Source: Azolla caroliniana
Taxonomy: Eukaryota; Plantae; Polypodiophyta
DNA: 64,000 bases
Assembly: GCA_043228905.1 (NCBI GenBank)
Contig: JBHGNT010000003.1
Coordinates: forward strand, 19,282,001-19,346,000
Direction of reading: 5' to 3'
How positions within the stretch are numbered: position 1 is the stretch's first letter; every line of letters starts with the position of its first letter. Made by a program: the position numbers and the translations under genes. This document shows, piece after piece, positions 13,228-25,500 of this stretch. Under the pieces are notes generated by a model. That model made no database searches, was not told the origin of the DNA, and worked only from the letters and a program-made list of their open reading frames with translations.

Positions 13228-14560
13228 TGCCAATGGCCGGACATTTTGGAGTTCACAAAACTTTGGAATTAGTTTCTAGAAATTATTGGTGGTCGCATCT
13301 TCGTAATTATGTTGAGGACTACATTCGCAGTTGTGATGCATGTTGTCAGTCCAAGTGTCCTCGTCATCGACCGTATGGTTTACTCCAACCCTTACAAGTT
13401 CCTAATGGTCCCTGGAAGTCTATATATAAGGATTTCATTACTGATCTTCCATCTTCCAAAGGTTTTGATTCCATCCTTACAGTTGTCGATTGGTTCACTA
13501 AGATGACACATTTTCTACCATGCACAAAGACTATTAATAGTCAAGAGATAACATATTTGGTTATGCATGAAGTGTTTAGGCATCATGGTCTTCCTAATGA
13601 TATCATTAGTGATCGAGGACCACAGTTTATGTCAACATTTTGGTAACACTTGTTTGGGGTCCTCCAAATTCATTGTAAATTCTCTTCTAGCTATCATCCA
13701 GAGACTGATGGTCAAACCGAACGTACCAATCAAACCTTAGAACAATACCTTTCTTGCTTCATCAATTCTCAACTGGATGATTGGGTAGATTATTTACATT
13801 TTGCGGAGTTTTCTTACAATAATCCAGTTCATTCTTCTACCAAACTTACTCCCTTTTTTGCCAACACGGGTGTTCATCCCCGTTGGACAATGCTTGACCA
13901 CCCAAAAATCTCGAAAAACCCTGATGCGGAGGATTGCCTACATCATATCCGGGAAATTCATATTTCTCTTTCTCATCATTTTACATCATGCTCAAGCCAC
14001 CCATAAGAAATTTGCAGATCGTCATCGACTCAACTCATCACCAAAAAAATCCAAATTTCAAGTTGGAGATCATGTATGGCTCTTACGACGTAATATGAAG
14101 ACCACTGGGCCTTGTAACAAGTTGGATTATCAACGTCTTGGTCCATATTTAATCACTAAACAGATCAATGAAGTTGCTTTTCATCTTGATCTCCCTCCGC
14201 TTATGCGTCTTCATCCAGTGTTCCATGTCTCACTCTTAGAACCTTATGCTTCAAACTCTAGTCCAGATCGCGTTGTTCCCCCCCTACACCTCCTATTGAG
14301 CTTGATGAAAGCCTTGAATATGAAGTGAAATCCATTTTGGACTCCAAAGTTGTGAAAAACAAATTGTATTATTTTGTTGATTGGTTGGGTTATACACCTG
14401 CGGATCAAACGTGGGATAATACCAAAGAACTTGTAGCTGAATTTCATCAATGATGTCCGAATAAACCAACTCCTAGTTGTGCATTGCGACTCATGGAACT
14501 CGTCGTCAAAGGAAGGGGATAATGTCATGAACATATACCAAAACTGTAAGACTCATAATA
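13228..14560 (+). mobile_element. Chromovirus A, right part: integrase, chromodomain, PPT and start of 3' LTR
   Basis: MPMAGHFG...CDAC, SDRGPQF, YHPETDGQTERTN, HPVFHVSLL, chromodomain EYEVKSILDSK...VDWLGY. PPT GGAAGGGGAT at 14511-14520, then TGTCAT at 14523. Colinear with the fragment ending at 1775. The LTR's right end was not identified. Confidence 0.88.
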
Positions 14561-14616
14561 GAGATTTGAACCCATGACCTCCTCAAAGATCATGTGTAGC
14601 TTTAACCACTAGGATA
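14561..14616 (-). repeat. tRNA-like / SINE-head fragment (Pol III A and B boxes)
   Basis: Minus strand reads TATCCTAGTGGTTAAAGC...GGTCATGGGTTCAAATCTC; no complete cloverleaf. Confidence 0.45.
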
Positions 14617-15261
14617 TATTATATTACATATATTAACTTATAAATTCCTATATTAGATCATGAAGAAACATATATAATATTATGAAACTTCGCCATCGCA
14701 TAGGCTAACTCATGATTACCAAGTGTCTTGCTTGCATGAATGCCAAATGGCGATCATGCGTGCCTATGAGGTGGCGAGCATGCATGTATCCAAAGCATGC
14801 TATATAAACATGTATCGAAGTATTGATGAACCATTCCGGTTCAACGCCAGTCTTCGGCATACTCTTGTAACCCTTGTTCTCATTGTTAATACATTTCAAC
14901 ATCTTATTTGGAAGAGAGGGTAGGGGCTGAATATATTGGAAACTGCATACTAACTTACCACTAAGGTTAATTGCATACTAACTTACCACTAAGGTTAACT
15001 GCATACTAACTTACCACTAAGGTTAGGGTTAAGGCAAAAGGGACGGGAGAGAGGGTTAGGGGCTGAAACTTACCACTAGGGTTAGGGTTAGGGTTAGGGT
15101 TAGGGTAAAACTTAAAAAAGGGGCGGAGAAAGGGTAGGGTTTGAATATATTGGAAACTGAGGGGCATCTCAGTGCAATTATAAGAAATCTCAAGGATGAA
15201 ACGTGCGGTCCAAACTCTTCTGCACTCCTCTCTCCCAAACCCAAACCCAAACCCAAACCCC

Positions 15262-18200
15262 ATGGCCATGGCGATGGCTTCTTCCTCCTCCCTCTCTACC
15301 CCTAACCCTAACCCTAACCCTAACGCTCATTCTGTGCCTCAGACTGTCCCTCCCCCTTCCTCCTTCTTCCCACGCCCTCTCGCTCCTTCCTCTCCTCGGC
15401 CAACACTGATTGCGATGAGCTGTTCGACTTGCTCCGCCTCCTCCTCCTTCTCCTCCTCCTCCTCTTGCACAGTCATGGCGTCTTCTCGCTTCTCTACTGC
15501 GACGATGAGGACGACCGTCTCTTCTCCTTCTTCTTCTCACAAGAGAATTTCATCAACTCGTTCCATGGCTCCAGATGAAGAGAAGATGACCAGACGATCT
15601 CCTCTCGATTTTCCCATTGTAAGTCCTTTCTTTTTGTGTTTTCCTTCTCATTAGCTCTGTAATTCTAAAGCGAAGAGTTTCGGTTATGTTAAATCTATAT
15701 ATTGCCATGATTCGAAGAAGGGAAAGAAAAAACCTCTCGAAGAAGAAAGACTATGGAAAGGAGAAAATTTCTATTGTGTATTATTTTTTCCTTTCAAAAT
15801 TTAAGTCTGATGATCAGGTGAAATTTCTAGTTGACGAGAAACCTTGTAAACATGTAAGATTATGGCTATGACTCTAAGAAGAGAAGAGAAAAGGAAGAGC
15901 ACTTTAGCCGTCTAAAGTCTTTGTTTTCTTTCAGACATTTTATCTTAAACAGATTCATGAACTTCAGGTTTTTTGGAAGCCTGTAAAACCCAAGGCAATA
16001 CTGTCTTAAGGAGAGAAAAAAGCTTCTAAACAAGAGAAACCTTAAAAAAATAGAAGAAAAGTTTGATGGTCACTTGGTAATTGTATCAACCGAACTCTTT
16101 GTTTACCTTCAATTCATTTCACCCTGTGACGTCATGAACTTTAGGTACTGTGAAATTGATTAATTGAATATGCCAGAAAGTCTGTCAAGGAAACATATTT
16201 AATGTATTGGGATGTGCCTGCTGGTAAACATGTATGGGTATTTTGCATTCCCACACCAATAAATTACTAAGTGTAGTGTTATGAATGTTAATGTAGGTAC
16301 TGTGAGATTCATTAATTGAATATGCCAGAAAGGCTGTCAAGGAAACATATTTAATGTATTGGCAGGTAAACATGTAATGCTCAGCCAATTTAATCAAACA
16401 TTCAAAAAACTATTTCAGATGCTATATACCACCATCCACACCCTGCTGCCTTAGATTTCAGACTTTGAAATATATATTTGTAAAATCCTTTCATTGCTAA
16501 AATCAGCATTTTAAACTAGAATGCAACATTTCAGCCATTTCATGCTTCAGTCCGGCTGAACTACTTTTCAGGGTGGGACTATCTCAGCTATAATGAACGT
16601 TAGACAGTGTGAACCTAACATATCTTAGGTTGTGTGCAAAGTTGGATCATAATGTCCGAAGGTGTAACCTTACCTAAAATTAGAGAAAATGTTAGAAAAT
16701 ATGGTTGGAAGGGGAAACAGTCTTCCTTGTAAATAACTACATTTCTTTGTGAACATGCATACGTTCAAGTGATTCTACGTTGCTCTCGGCATGTGGAGTT
16801 TTTTGGTAGTTGCGTGTGTCTGTTAAGTGATGATGAAATAGATTAATAGAGCGAATCAAATATTTAGAGCCTCTTGCTAATTTATTTCAGATGATGGCAG
16901 GTAGAATTGCCACATTATACTGAGTTTTTAAAGTTGGTCTCTTATGTGTTTTATGTGAGAATGAAATGATGAGTTACATTTCATTGATTAATCTTTGAGG
17001 GCCTGATGCATTCACGTGGCTATAAAAAGTGTAATTCTTGAAGAGGAGTTCAAAGTTTGTAAGAGCAAGTTAAATCTATTGAGTAAGGATGAATTTATCA
17101 TTAAATTTTCACGTTCTTAAATAGTGGAGACATATGGATTATATTTAGAACCTCTTGCTAATTTATTTCAGATGATGGCAGGTAGAATCGCCACATTATA
17201 CTGATTTTTTAAAGTTGGTCTCTTATGTGTTTTATGTGAGAATGAAATGATGAGTTGCATTTCATTGATTAATCTTTGAGGGCCTGATGCATTCACGTGG
17301 CTATAAAAAGTGTAATTCTTGATGAGGAGTTCAAAGTTTGTAAGAGCAAGTTATATCTATTGAGTAAGGATGAATTTATCATTAAATTTTCACGTTCTTA
17401 AATAGTGGGGACATATGGATTATATTAAATCCTAGTAAAGAACGTTTGGGTAAGAAACCAAAAGAAGTTATTTTTGCTGGAGAAATCCCATTCCCTATGC
17501 AAAATCGATACGAAATAATATTGATCCCTTACTAGGCTTGTTAGATTGATTATCTTTTCTATCTTAGATTAAGTAAAATATTTGAGCCTTTTTTGTTCTC
17601 TGGCTTAATTGACCGTTTGATCAATTTTCCTAAATATCCTTCTGATGCTTATTCTGCTTATTCCTGAATCATTGTCCTGGCTGTCATTTGAGAGTTGTGC
17701 TCTGGGTACGTTGTTTAGTGCTATAAAAAGTTGACATTTATTAATCTTGGCAGTAGAATACATTCTCTGTAGAATTCTCTGGTGGCCATTTACATCTTCT
17801 TACGTTCAAAATGTCCATTATCTATTTTTGTTTTGATTGTACATTGTATGAAATAGGTACGGTCTTTTCAAAAGAACAGGGTCTCCACTGCTTTATGGAA
17901 AAAATAATAGTAGATGAACTGTGGATGTGCTGGTGAATCTCTTGATTGACAATAAACATTTCAGGAGCCATTGAACTGAAACACCTTTCATGGTGACTCT
18001 GCAATTTTTAACATTGTATCAGAGACGTGGTTTAAAGTCCAAACTCTAGTCCATTTTTAACAAACTCTCGTCCATGCAAGGTAAAACCTCGTGAGCATTA
18101 TTATAATCAAAACATTTGCTACTAAGGCGTTTGGTTCAATCCACAAATCTCATTGAGGAGTAATGCTGTGGTGAAATACTTAACACCTACGATGCCTTTG

Positions 18201-18570
18201 TGGATCCCACAGAAGTTACTCACCACGAGTCTGTTTTTTATTTGTTCAATGTTTAGGTTTATAAATTGACTAATTTTATCGGTTCAGTGTGTAGATTTTT
18301 TAATTGACCTAATGACTACATTTCATCAGATCAATTGTTGGGTTTTAAATTGACCAAAGGCTTAAAAATTTTGGTCTATGTTTATAGGAATGGGATCGAC
18401 CTCGTCCAGGGAGGAGGCCAGATATATTTCCTCAATTTAGTCCTATGAAGACACCTCTCCCTCAACCGCCACCAACTGATCCTCCAGAAGAAGATGAAGA
18501 AGAAGAAGAAAAAAAGGAAGAAGAGAACCCAGATGAAGAACCTGATGACCAGCCTCCCAAAGAAATATGA
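15262..18570 (+). CDS. Small nuclear-encoded, probably plastid-targeted protein (~179 aa; exons 15262-15618 and 18388-18570) with a conserved-looking SPLDFPIEWDRPRPGRRPDIFPQFSPMKTPLP core and an acidic tail
   Basis: Ser-rich transit-peptide-like N-terminus. A GT-AG phase-0 intron joins ...RRSPLDFPI|EWDRP... in frame. The motif is recalled from plant chloroplast proteins, but identity is not certain. An upstream in-frame ATG at 15196 is possible. Confidence 0.85.
16861..17424. repeat. Near-identical 2 x 281-bp tandem duplication in the intron
   Basis: TATTTAGARCCTCTTGCTAATTTATTTCAG... at 16861 and 17142. Confidence 0.9.
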
Positions 18571-19570
18571 TTTCGTTAACACTATGCAGTCAATAATGAA
18601 TTTTTGAGAGATCAATGACCATCGAGTTGGTTCTGAGTAAAGTTATGAAATATCATTCATTTAATCTTATTGGGCAATAATGAATTTCGGGGAGTGAAGT
18701 TGGTTATATGCTTAAAGTTTGAATCAAATATCGTTCGTATTGTCTTATTGGGCAATAATGAATTTTGAAGAGATCAGTTGATGATGAAGATAGTTCTGAT
18801 TAAGATTATATCATTCATGTAGTCTTCATAATGAGCAACTTTCTGGGAAATCAGCTCATGTTGATTACTTAATCTGTTTGACAGTAAAGATAGAATGGAC
18901 AGATGGAGTAATTTGAGTGGTTGTAAGAGAAAGGTGTAAGATAGCATGCAATATGTTTGATTGCATTGGTCATAAAAATGTCCTTTACTAGTTGCTTGAG
19001 TGTCAATTTCATGCATGAATAATATGAAATTATACATCTCCTCAAGCATGCTTGTTTGTCAAGTGATTGTGCAAGAGCTTTGATAAAAGTTGAAGGTTCA
19101 GTAGGGAATTTTAGTGTGTAGGAGTTCACCTATGTAGAAATTTGTACCTTCATGTTTTAATATATAAATTATTCAAAGCTTTGGATTCAACACATTTGTA
19201 GGTTTTTGAAGAAAGTTTTTGAAGATTATGGGCATATTTAAGTTGCAACACGTGTTCAATGTCCAATTTAAGGTTTGTTTCATGTTTTGTCTTTCTTTTG
19301 TTCATGGTGGTTGGTTTCATGTTCCTCATTGCATAAGTAAGAGCTTATTATTAAGGCCCTAATTACATGTTCCTCATTTTAGAGGCTTAGCATTTGCCCA
19401 CTCATTGCTAATCAATACATTGAAACAAACCCTCACCAATGGATCGTCATGACTATATGAATATGAATTTATCAGCCCAACCACCCCCTCAGAAGAGCTT
19501 ATTTGCTAATAGCAATCAATCTATTAATAGATTGATCTGGACATTAGATCCAGCAACAAAGCAAAAGAAG

Positions 19571-19696
19571 ATGAAGGCAAAGATCGTGCCCAAGATTACT
19601 AAAGTTCTCTTTACATTCATTCTATTGTATATATTCTTCTCATCATCATCATCATCATCTAATTATGCACGAAGCGTCAACTCCGTATGGCGGCAA
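19571..19696 (+). other. Candidate first exon encoding a signal peptide; downstream exons not found
   Basis: MKAKIVPKITKVLFTFILLYIFFSSSSSSSNYARSVNSVWRQ followed by donor-like GTGAGA and a U-rich sequence. Confidence 0.35.
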
Positions 19697-20902
19697 GTGA
19701 GACTTTTTTCGCTCTCTTTCTTGTCTTTATTCCCTCTTTTGGAGGATGTTCCATAGCCTCTCAGTGAAAAAAAACTTGTATGTTTGGATAATATATGCAT
19801 TCGTTTGCAAATGTATGAAAACAAATGTTTGAGTAGACGAATGTGTACATTACGTTCTATGTTTGTGACCATGAAAATGAAAGTTGTCATGACACAAGCT
19901 AGTTGTCGTGAGAAATGATGCATTGTCTTTGTTATAGACCATTGATAAGAGTTTTCAAAGAAGGTTAATTTTCTTTAAAGATTAACAAATTTGTAAGATT
20001 GCTAGTTGAAAACCGCATCATGGGTTTATGTAAAGAATAAAGATGATGAATTGTGGCCCTCAAGAGTCATTTTATAACAATTGAATCCAAAAATACATTA
20101 CAATAATGTTTCCTTTGCTGATAAAGAGAAATGCTTGTATAAATTTGTTTATGTTTAATGTCATAGTATGTCATGCTTCTTATTATTACGATCTTCCTTG
20201 GGATAAGTATGAAAGGCCCTTAATCCTCATTGTAGGGCCAAGACTTCCATTTGGTTAGAATGGTAGGCACGAAAGAATTTTGAGAATGTCCTCAAAAGAA
20301 AGCAAGTGCCCAAGTTAGCACTCAAACATCATTGACTTGTCCAATCCCATCCTCTTTGGTTCAATCCCCATGGTTCCACCCAAGATTCACACGCACACAC
20401 ATATTGCTCCTTGAGAAATGGCCTTGGGCAAACTCCAAGTAGTGAGCCCCAATGTTTTTCCTTAACCATTTGTATGCCTCACATGCCCAACTAAAGAAAG
20501 CATTATACTTGTATTTTTCTTTTCTACTATGAGAATCCCAAGCTTGGTATTATGGATCATCACACTAATGATGAGAAAAAGAATTGGAGATTAAGGATAC
20601 CAATAGATTAAGGGTGTTTAACAACACTGACCACCCCTGAGCAAAGGACATGAGACAGACATAAAATATCGCTAGTGTCCCATACCATTGAGCATTAGCT
20701 TATGTTATATCTTGGATGTTGAATAATAATTTCGAAGAAGAAAGCTTAGCCTGACCAATAGAGTCTCGAAAACATCCCAAGATATCCTAATGAAGAGGGT
20801 AGATAGGGCCCTCTTTATACTCAACACCCAAGGCTCCTAGACCACCACATGTCCCCACATGTCATAGGTTCACATGGGTTTGCCTTAATTACTAGGATAA
20901 TT

Positions 20903-22546
20903 TGTCAAAGAAAACGTGCAGAAGCGTTAGACAGAACCAGCTTAGCCGAATAGCAACAGAGAATAAGATGAAGGTTTAATGGAGAAACTTAATACACAGA
21001 GAGTGTACATGGGAGAGATAGAGAGAGCAGAACATAAACTTAAATTCAAAATAACTCTAAAACTCTGTACATACAATGTGCTATTACAACACTATTTATA
21101 CAAAGTCCATAAAGGACTGACAGGTACTTCAATGCTCATACGAGCGATTGACACTAACTACGAGACAATGATTACCTGGTAGTCTAGGCTACTACTAGGC
21201 TTCGGGTTCCCACTCGAATCCGGCTCTCCGATCCGTCTCACCGATCCGGCCGGTTGTATTCGGATACCATCCAGATATCGATCCGGCTCTAGCTTATTCA
21301 GCCGATCCGGATCTGGTTGAGCTTGCTCGCTCAACACTCCCCCTCAAGCTCAACTTGAGGTCGGATCGTGGTGTTAGTGTCCGTGGCAACCGGTTCTTCC
21401 ACCCGGGTCCTTCTGGCGTTGCTCCGCCTTGCTTGCGCTCCTCGTCCGGTCCAGTCCTATTTGTCACAACCCTTCTGGTTCTGTGCACCTCAACCACCTC
21501 GGTCAACTTGTCTACTCAACCAGCCCATTTCAGCTCCCTCGCTGCTGCGACTCGGCGCTTGTCGACCCATCGGTTCCTTCGTGTTGGCGTCGACTTCCGC
21601 TGCGTCTGTGTCCGCCTGGCCTTTAGTTGATCCGGCTCCTCCGAATCCAACTATTGAAGCGAATCGGTTGTCTCTTATTCGTTCCCGCTCTTGTCTGAGT
21701 CGATGTTCTCCAACTCGTCTTCTGGCACTTATCGACCCGTCAGTTCCTTCGTGTTGGTGTCGACTTCCACTGCGTCCGTGTCCGCTTGGCCTTTAGTTGA
21801 TCTGGCTCCTCCAAATCCAACTATTGAAGCGAATCGGCTATCTCCGATTCGTTCCCGCTCTTGTCTGAGTCGATATTCTCCAACTCGTCTTATGGCACTT
21901 GTCGACCCGTCGGTTCCTTCGTGTTGGTGTTGACTTCTGCTACGTCTGTGTCCACTTGGCCTTTAGTTGATCCGGTTGCACCGAATCCAACTGTTGAAGC
22001 GAATCGGCTATCTCCGATTCGTTCCGGCCCTTGTCCGAGTCGGTGTTCTCCAACTCGTCTTCTGGTTTTAGGCCCTTCACCACATCAGACCATGTCCAGG
22101 TCTTGGCCTTCTCCTTGCGGCCGGCTTTGTCCTTCTTGACTCTGTTGCCGTTGCCGCTCATTCCGACTTGTTCGGGTGTGTGCCGACTTCCTTCGTCAAC
22201 TCGACTTTCGTTTTCCTCTTGTCTCCCCCTTTGTTGGTTCTTCCCTTTTTGGTTCCTTGTCCGGTGCTGTCAGCAGTTTCTTTGCCTTTGCCCGTTCTCC
22301 CCCTCAAGTGCGGCACGTCAAGATGCTAAACACCAAGCATTTTGGTGAACTACTGCAACTTGTTCGATCCAAGTGGTTTGGTGAAGATGTCGGCAACCTG
22401 CCGATCCGTCTAAACATACCGAAGTTCGACTTCACCGCTCATGACCCGCTCACGCACGAAGTGATAATGCACTTCCATGTGCTTTGTTCAAGCCTGGAAT
22501 ACGGGGTTCTTGGCGAGCTATATGTTGCTTATGTTGTTGCAGTAGA
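20903..22546 (-). mobile_element. 3' part of a Ty1/copia: RNase H end, ~950-bp 3' spacer, PPT and 3' LTR (21336-20903)
   Basis: Minus strand LAKNPVF..TKHMEVHYHFVRERV..VADIFTKPL. PPT CTTGAGGGGGAG abuts TGTTGAG at 21336; the LTR ends ...TTGACA at 20903. Confidence 0.88.
21559..22065. repeat. 3 x 170-bp tandem repeat in the copia 3' spacer
   Basis: Unit starts TTRTCGACCC at 21559, 21729 and 21899. Confidence 0.9.
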
Positions 22547-25500
22547 TTAGGATCGGGGTCGACACCCATGCAGAATGGCATGGCGGAACGGATCAACTGG
22601 ACAATCCAGGAGAGGGTGACAACAATGCTCCAGCACTCTGGACTGAAGTTAGAATTCTTGGTCGAAGCATTGCAGACAACAGTATATTTGATCAATTTGT
22701 CATCGTCGAGGGCAATACAGCTCGAAGTGCCACAAGCAGTCTGGTCAGGCAAACAACCGACCTATGACAGGCTCCATATATTCGGATTTGAAGCCTACGT
22801 CTTCATCCCCAGGGATAAAAGGACCAAGTTGGCACCCCATGCACTTAAGTGTATATTTCTCGGTTATGGAACCGACAGGAACTTGGCTATTGATTGTGGG
22901 ATCTTGAGAACCGGAAATTGATCCAGAGTAGTGACGTAGACTTCAATGAAGACTCGATTCTCTCTAAACAGAACCAACCAAAAATAGTCAACAAAAAGGT
23001 TTCCTTCGAAATAGATAGAGATGCCATAGAAGGATCGACCCAGTGGGCCGAATCGGCGATTCGACAAACATTGACCAAGCCTGTAAATCCTTTGCCGAAT
23101 CCAAATCGGCAAGAGGTCCACTAGTCTAATTTTATTCGACTAAGAGATTTGCAGGAAGCGAAATGACAGAGCCGACATAACCAAATCGCCTAAACTAGCT
23201 AAGGTGTCAAAAGGTTGAACTGAAATGGCAAAGGCACAAATCCCTCTGTCAATCGATCCCGAAGAAGGGGAGGATGACTCGACATTACCGAAATCCTATT
23301 CCAAGGGTGAGTCGTCCAAAAGGACTCTTGAGGACGGTTCAACTAATGCAGATCAACCACCAGAGCTAATCAAAGAAACTGAACCGAACAAATCAGCACC
23401 CAGGAGATCCGAATGAATCAGAAAGCCGACAGAGAGTTTTATCAACTAGACCTCGACTACGTGAAATACACGGACGCAGGCGAACCAAGCTCTTACAAGG
23501 AAGCCATAGCCACGTTGGATGTTGACACATGGCTACAAGCCATGGAATCCAAGATGGACTCGATTCATCAAAATCAAACATGGGATTTGGTCGAATTATG
23601 AGCTAGTAGGAAGTTGTTGCCCTGTAAATGGGTCTTCCGATACAAATATGTATCTGATTCAAAGAAGCCCAAATACAAAGTCTAGCTCGTCGCAAAGGGA
23701 TTCAAACAAGAACAAGGGGTCGACTATGACGACATATTCTCACCAGTAGTCAAGATGACCACCCTCCGACTCCTACTCGGGGTCATGGCGGCTAAAGACC
23801 TAGAGCTCGAGCAGCTGAATGATAAGACGGCATTCCTACACGGAGACTTGGAAGAAGACATCCATATGTCTCAACTGGTAGGCGAGCGACGGGGGAGGAA
23901 GGTCACCTCGTATGTCAACTGAAGAAAAGCTTTTGTGATTTTAAACAAGCGTCGAGGATGTGGTGTCAAAAATTTGATACCTACATTCGGCAACTCGGCT
24001 ACCGCCGGTCCAACTCTGACCCATGTATGTATATTCGGCAATTGGTCTATGGGTACTAGATCTATATGATCCTATACGCCGATGACATGCTCATTGCAAG
24101 GAACAATCGAGTAGAGATCGAAGAACTAAACCGAAGCCTTCACGACAAATTTGCAATGAAGGAACTCAGACAAGCCCGACACATATTGGGCATGAGAATC
24201 AAGCAAAATTAGATGACAAGGACTCTCCGACTCTCCCATGCCAACTACATTCGTAAGGTGTTGACACACTTCAACATAGAGAACACGAAGCCAGCATCGA
24301 CTCCACTACCAGCATCGATTAGACTATTGGACAAAGACTCTCCTTCGACAAATGAGGAGAGAAAGCTCATAAGCAAAATACCCTACGCATCGGTCGTAGG
24401 AAGTCTCATGTACGCAAATGGTGGCAACCCGACCAGACCTTGCATACGTCGTAGGGGTTGTCAGCCGGTACATGTCAAAACCTGGACAGAAGCACTAGGA
24501 AGCTATAAAGAACATATTCTGGTACCTATGAGGCACCGAAGATCTGCAACTAACTTTCAGATTGGACAATCCGACCAAAGTCAAAGGCTTCACCGACTCT
24601 GACTACTAAGTAATCCGGACAATCAAAAGTCAGCATCAGGTTATGTTTTCACCTAGGGCGTTGGTGTTATCATGGAGATCGAAGTTACAAGACTGCACGG
24701 CACTCTCGAAAACAGAGGCCGAGTACATAGCCACATCGAAAGCAACCAAGGACGCCATTTGGCTGCACCGATTATCCGTTGATTTTTCGGCTAAAAGCCG
24801 AATTGACCATCCAGCATCAACCCTCTATTGCGACCATCCAAATGAGGTATATTGATTGGCAATACACCTCATCCGGAATTCTGTATACCATGTTAAGACG
24901 AAGCATATTGTGGTGAGGTACCATCACATTCAGGAGCTCATCATTAACAAGAAGCTCGAAGTCTAAAAGGTGGATACTAAGGTGAACATCGCCAATAGCC
25001 TGACAAAACCACTCTCAAAACAACGCTTCAACACACTAAGAGGACATATGGGACTACAACAAGCATGTGAGCAGTAGAAGGTAAGATGAAGAACTACACG
25101 GGGCAAACAAGTCAAAAAGGCGAAGTCAAAGGGACTAGTCAACTTGAAGGCTGAAGATGAATATGAGTGCGAAGGAACCGAAAAGCGATCACCGATCCGT
25201 TGGAAAGCACGGGAAACAACACACACACGGAAAACTGACAATCGAGAAGCCAAAGGTCGAATCAAGTAATATCCGATTCGAACCTCAACCAACTCGACAG
25301 GCGTCCGAGCAAGCCGAATTCATCTCTGCCCACTCGACCACCAGCCGACTAGCTTGTAACATACATTATAGTTTAAATTCAAATTGTAATCTAAACTTGC
25401 GGGGGAGATAACCCCACATCATCATATGTAGACATAGTCCTTTTACGGGGGAGTTTGTTGGGATAAAAGTCCCACTCCGCCCATCTTGTATCTCTAGTAT

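Noticed and set aside
15077-15106. Telomere or interstitial telomere
   Set aside because: Only ~5 units in a promoter context; the TTTAGGG run at ~31123-31144 is equally short.
15190-15540. Arg/Gly-rich minus-strand ORF
   Set aside because: Antisense shadow of the low-complexity transit-peptide exon.
20711-20832. ~15-bp inverted repeat with TGTTGA...TCAACA, possible mini-LTR or MITE
   Set aside because: No TSD, no second copy in the window, too short to classify.
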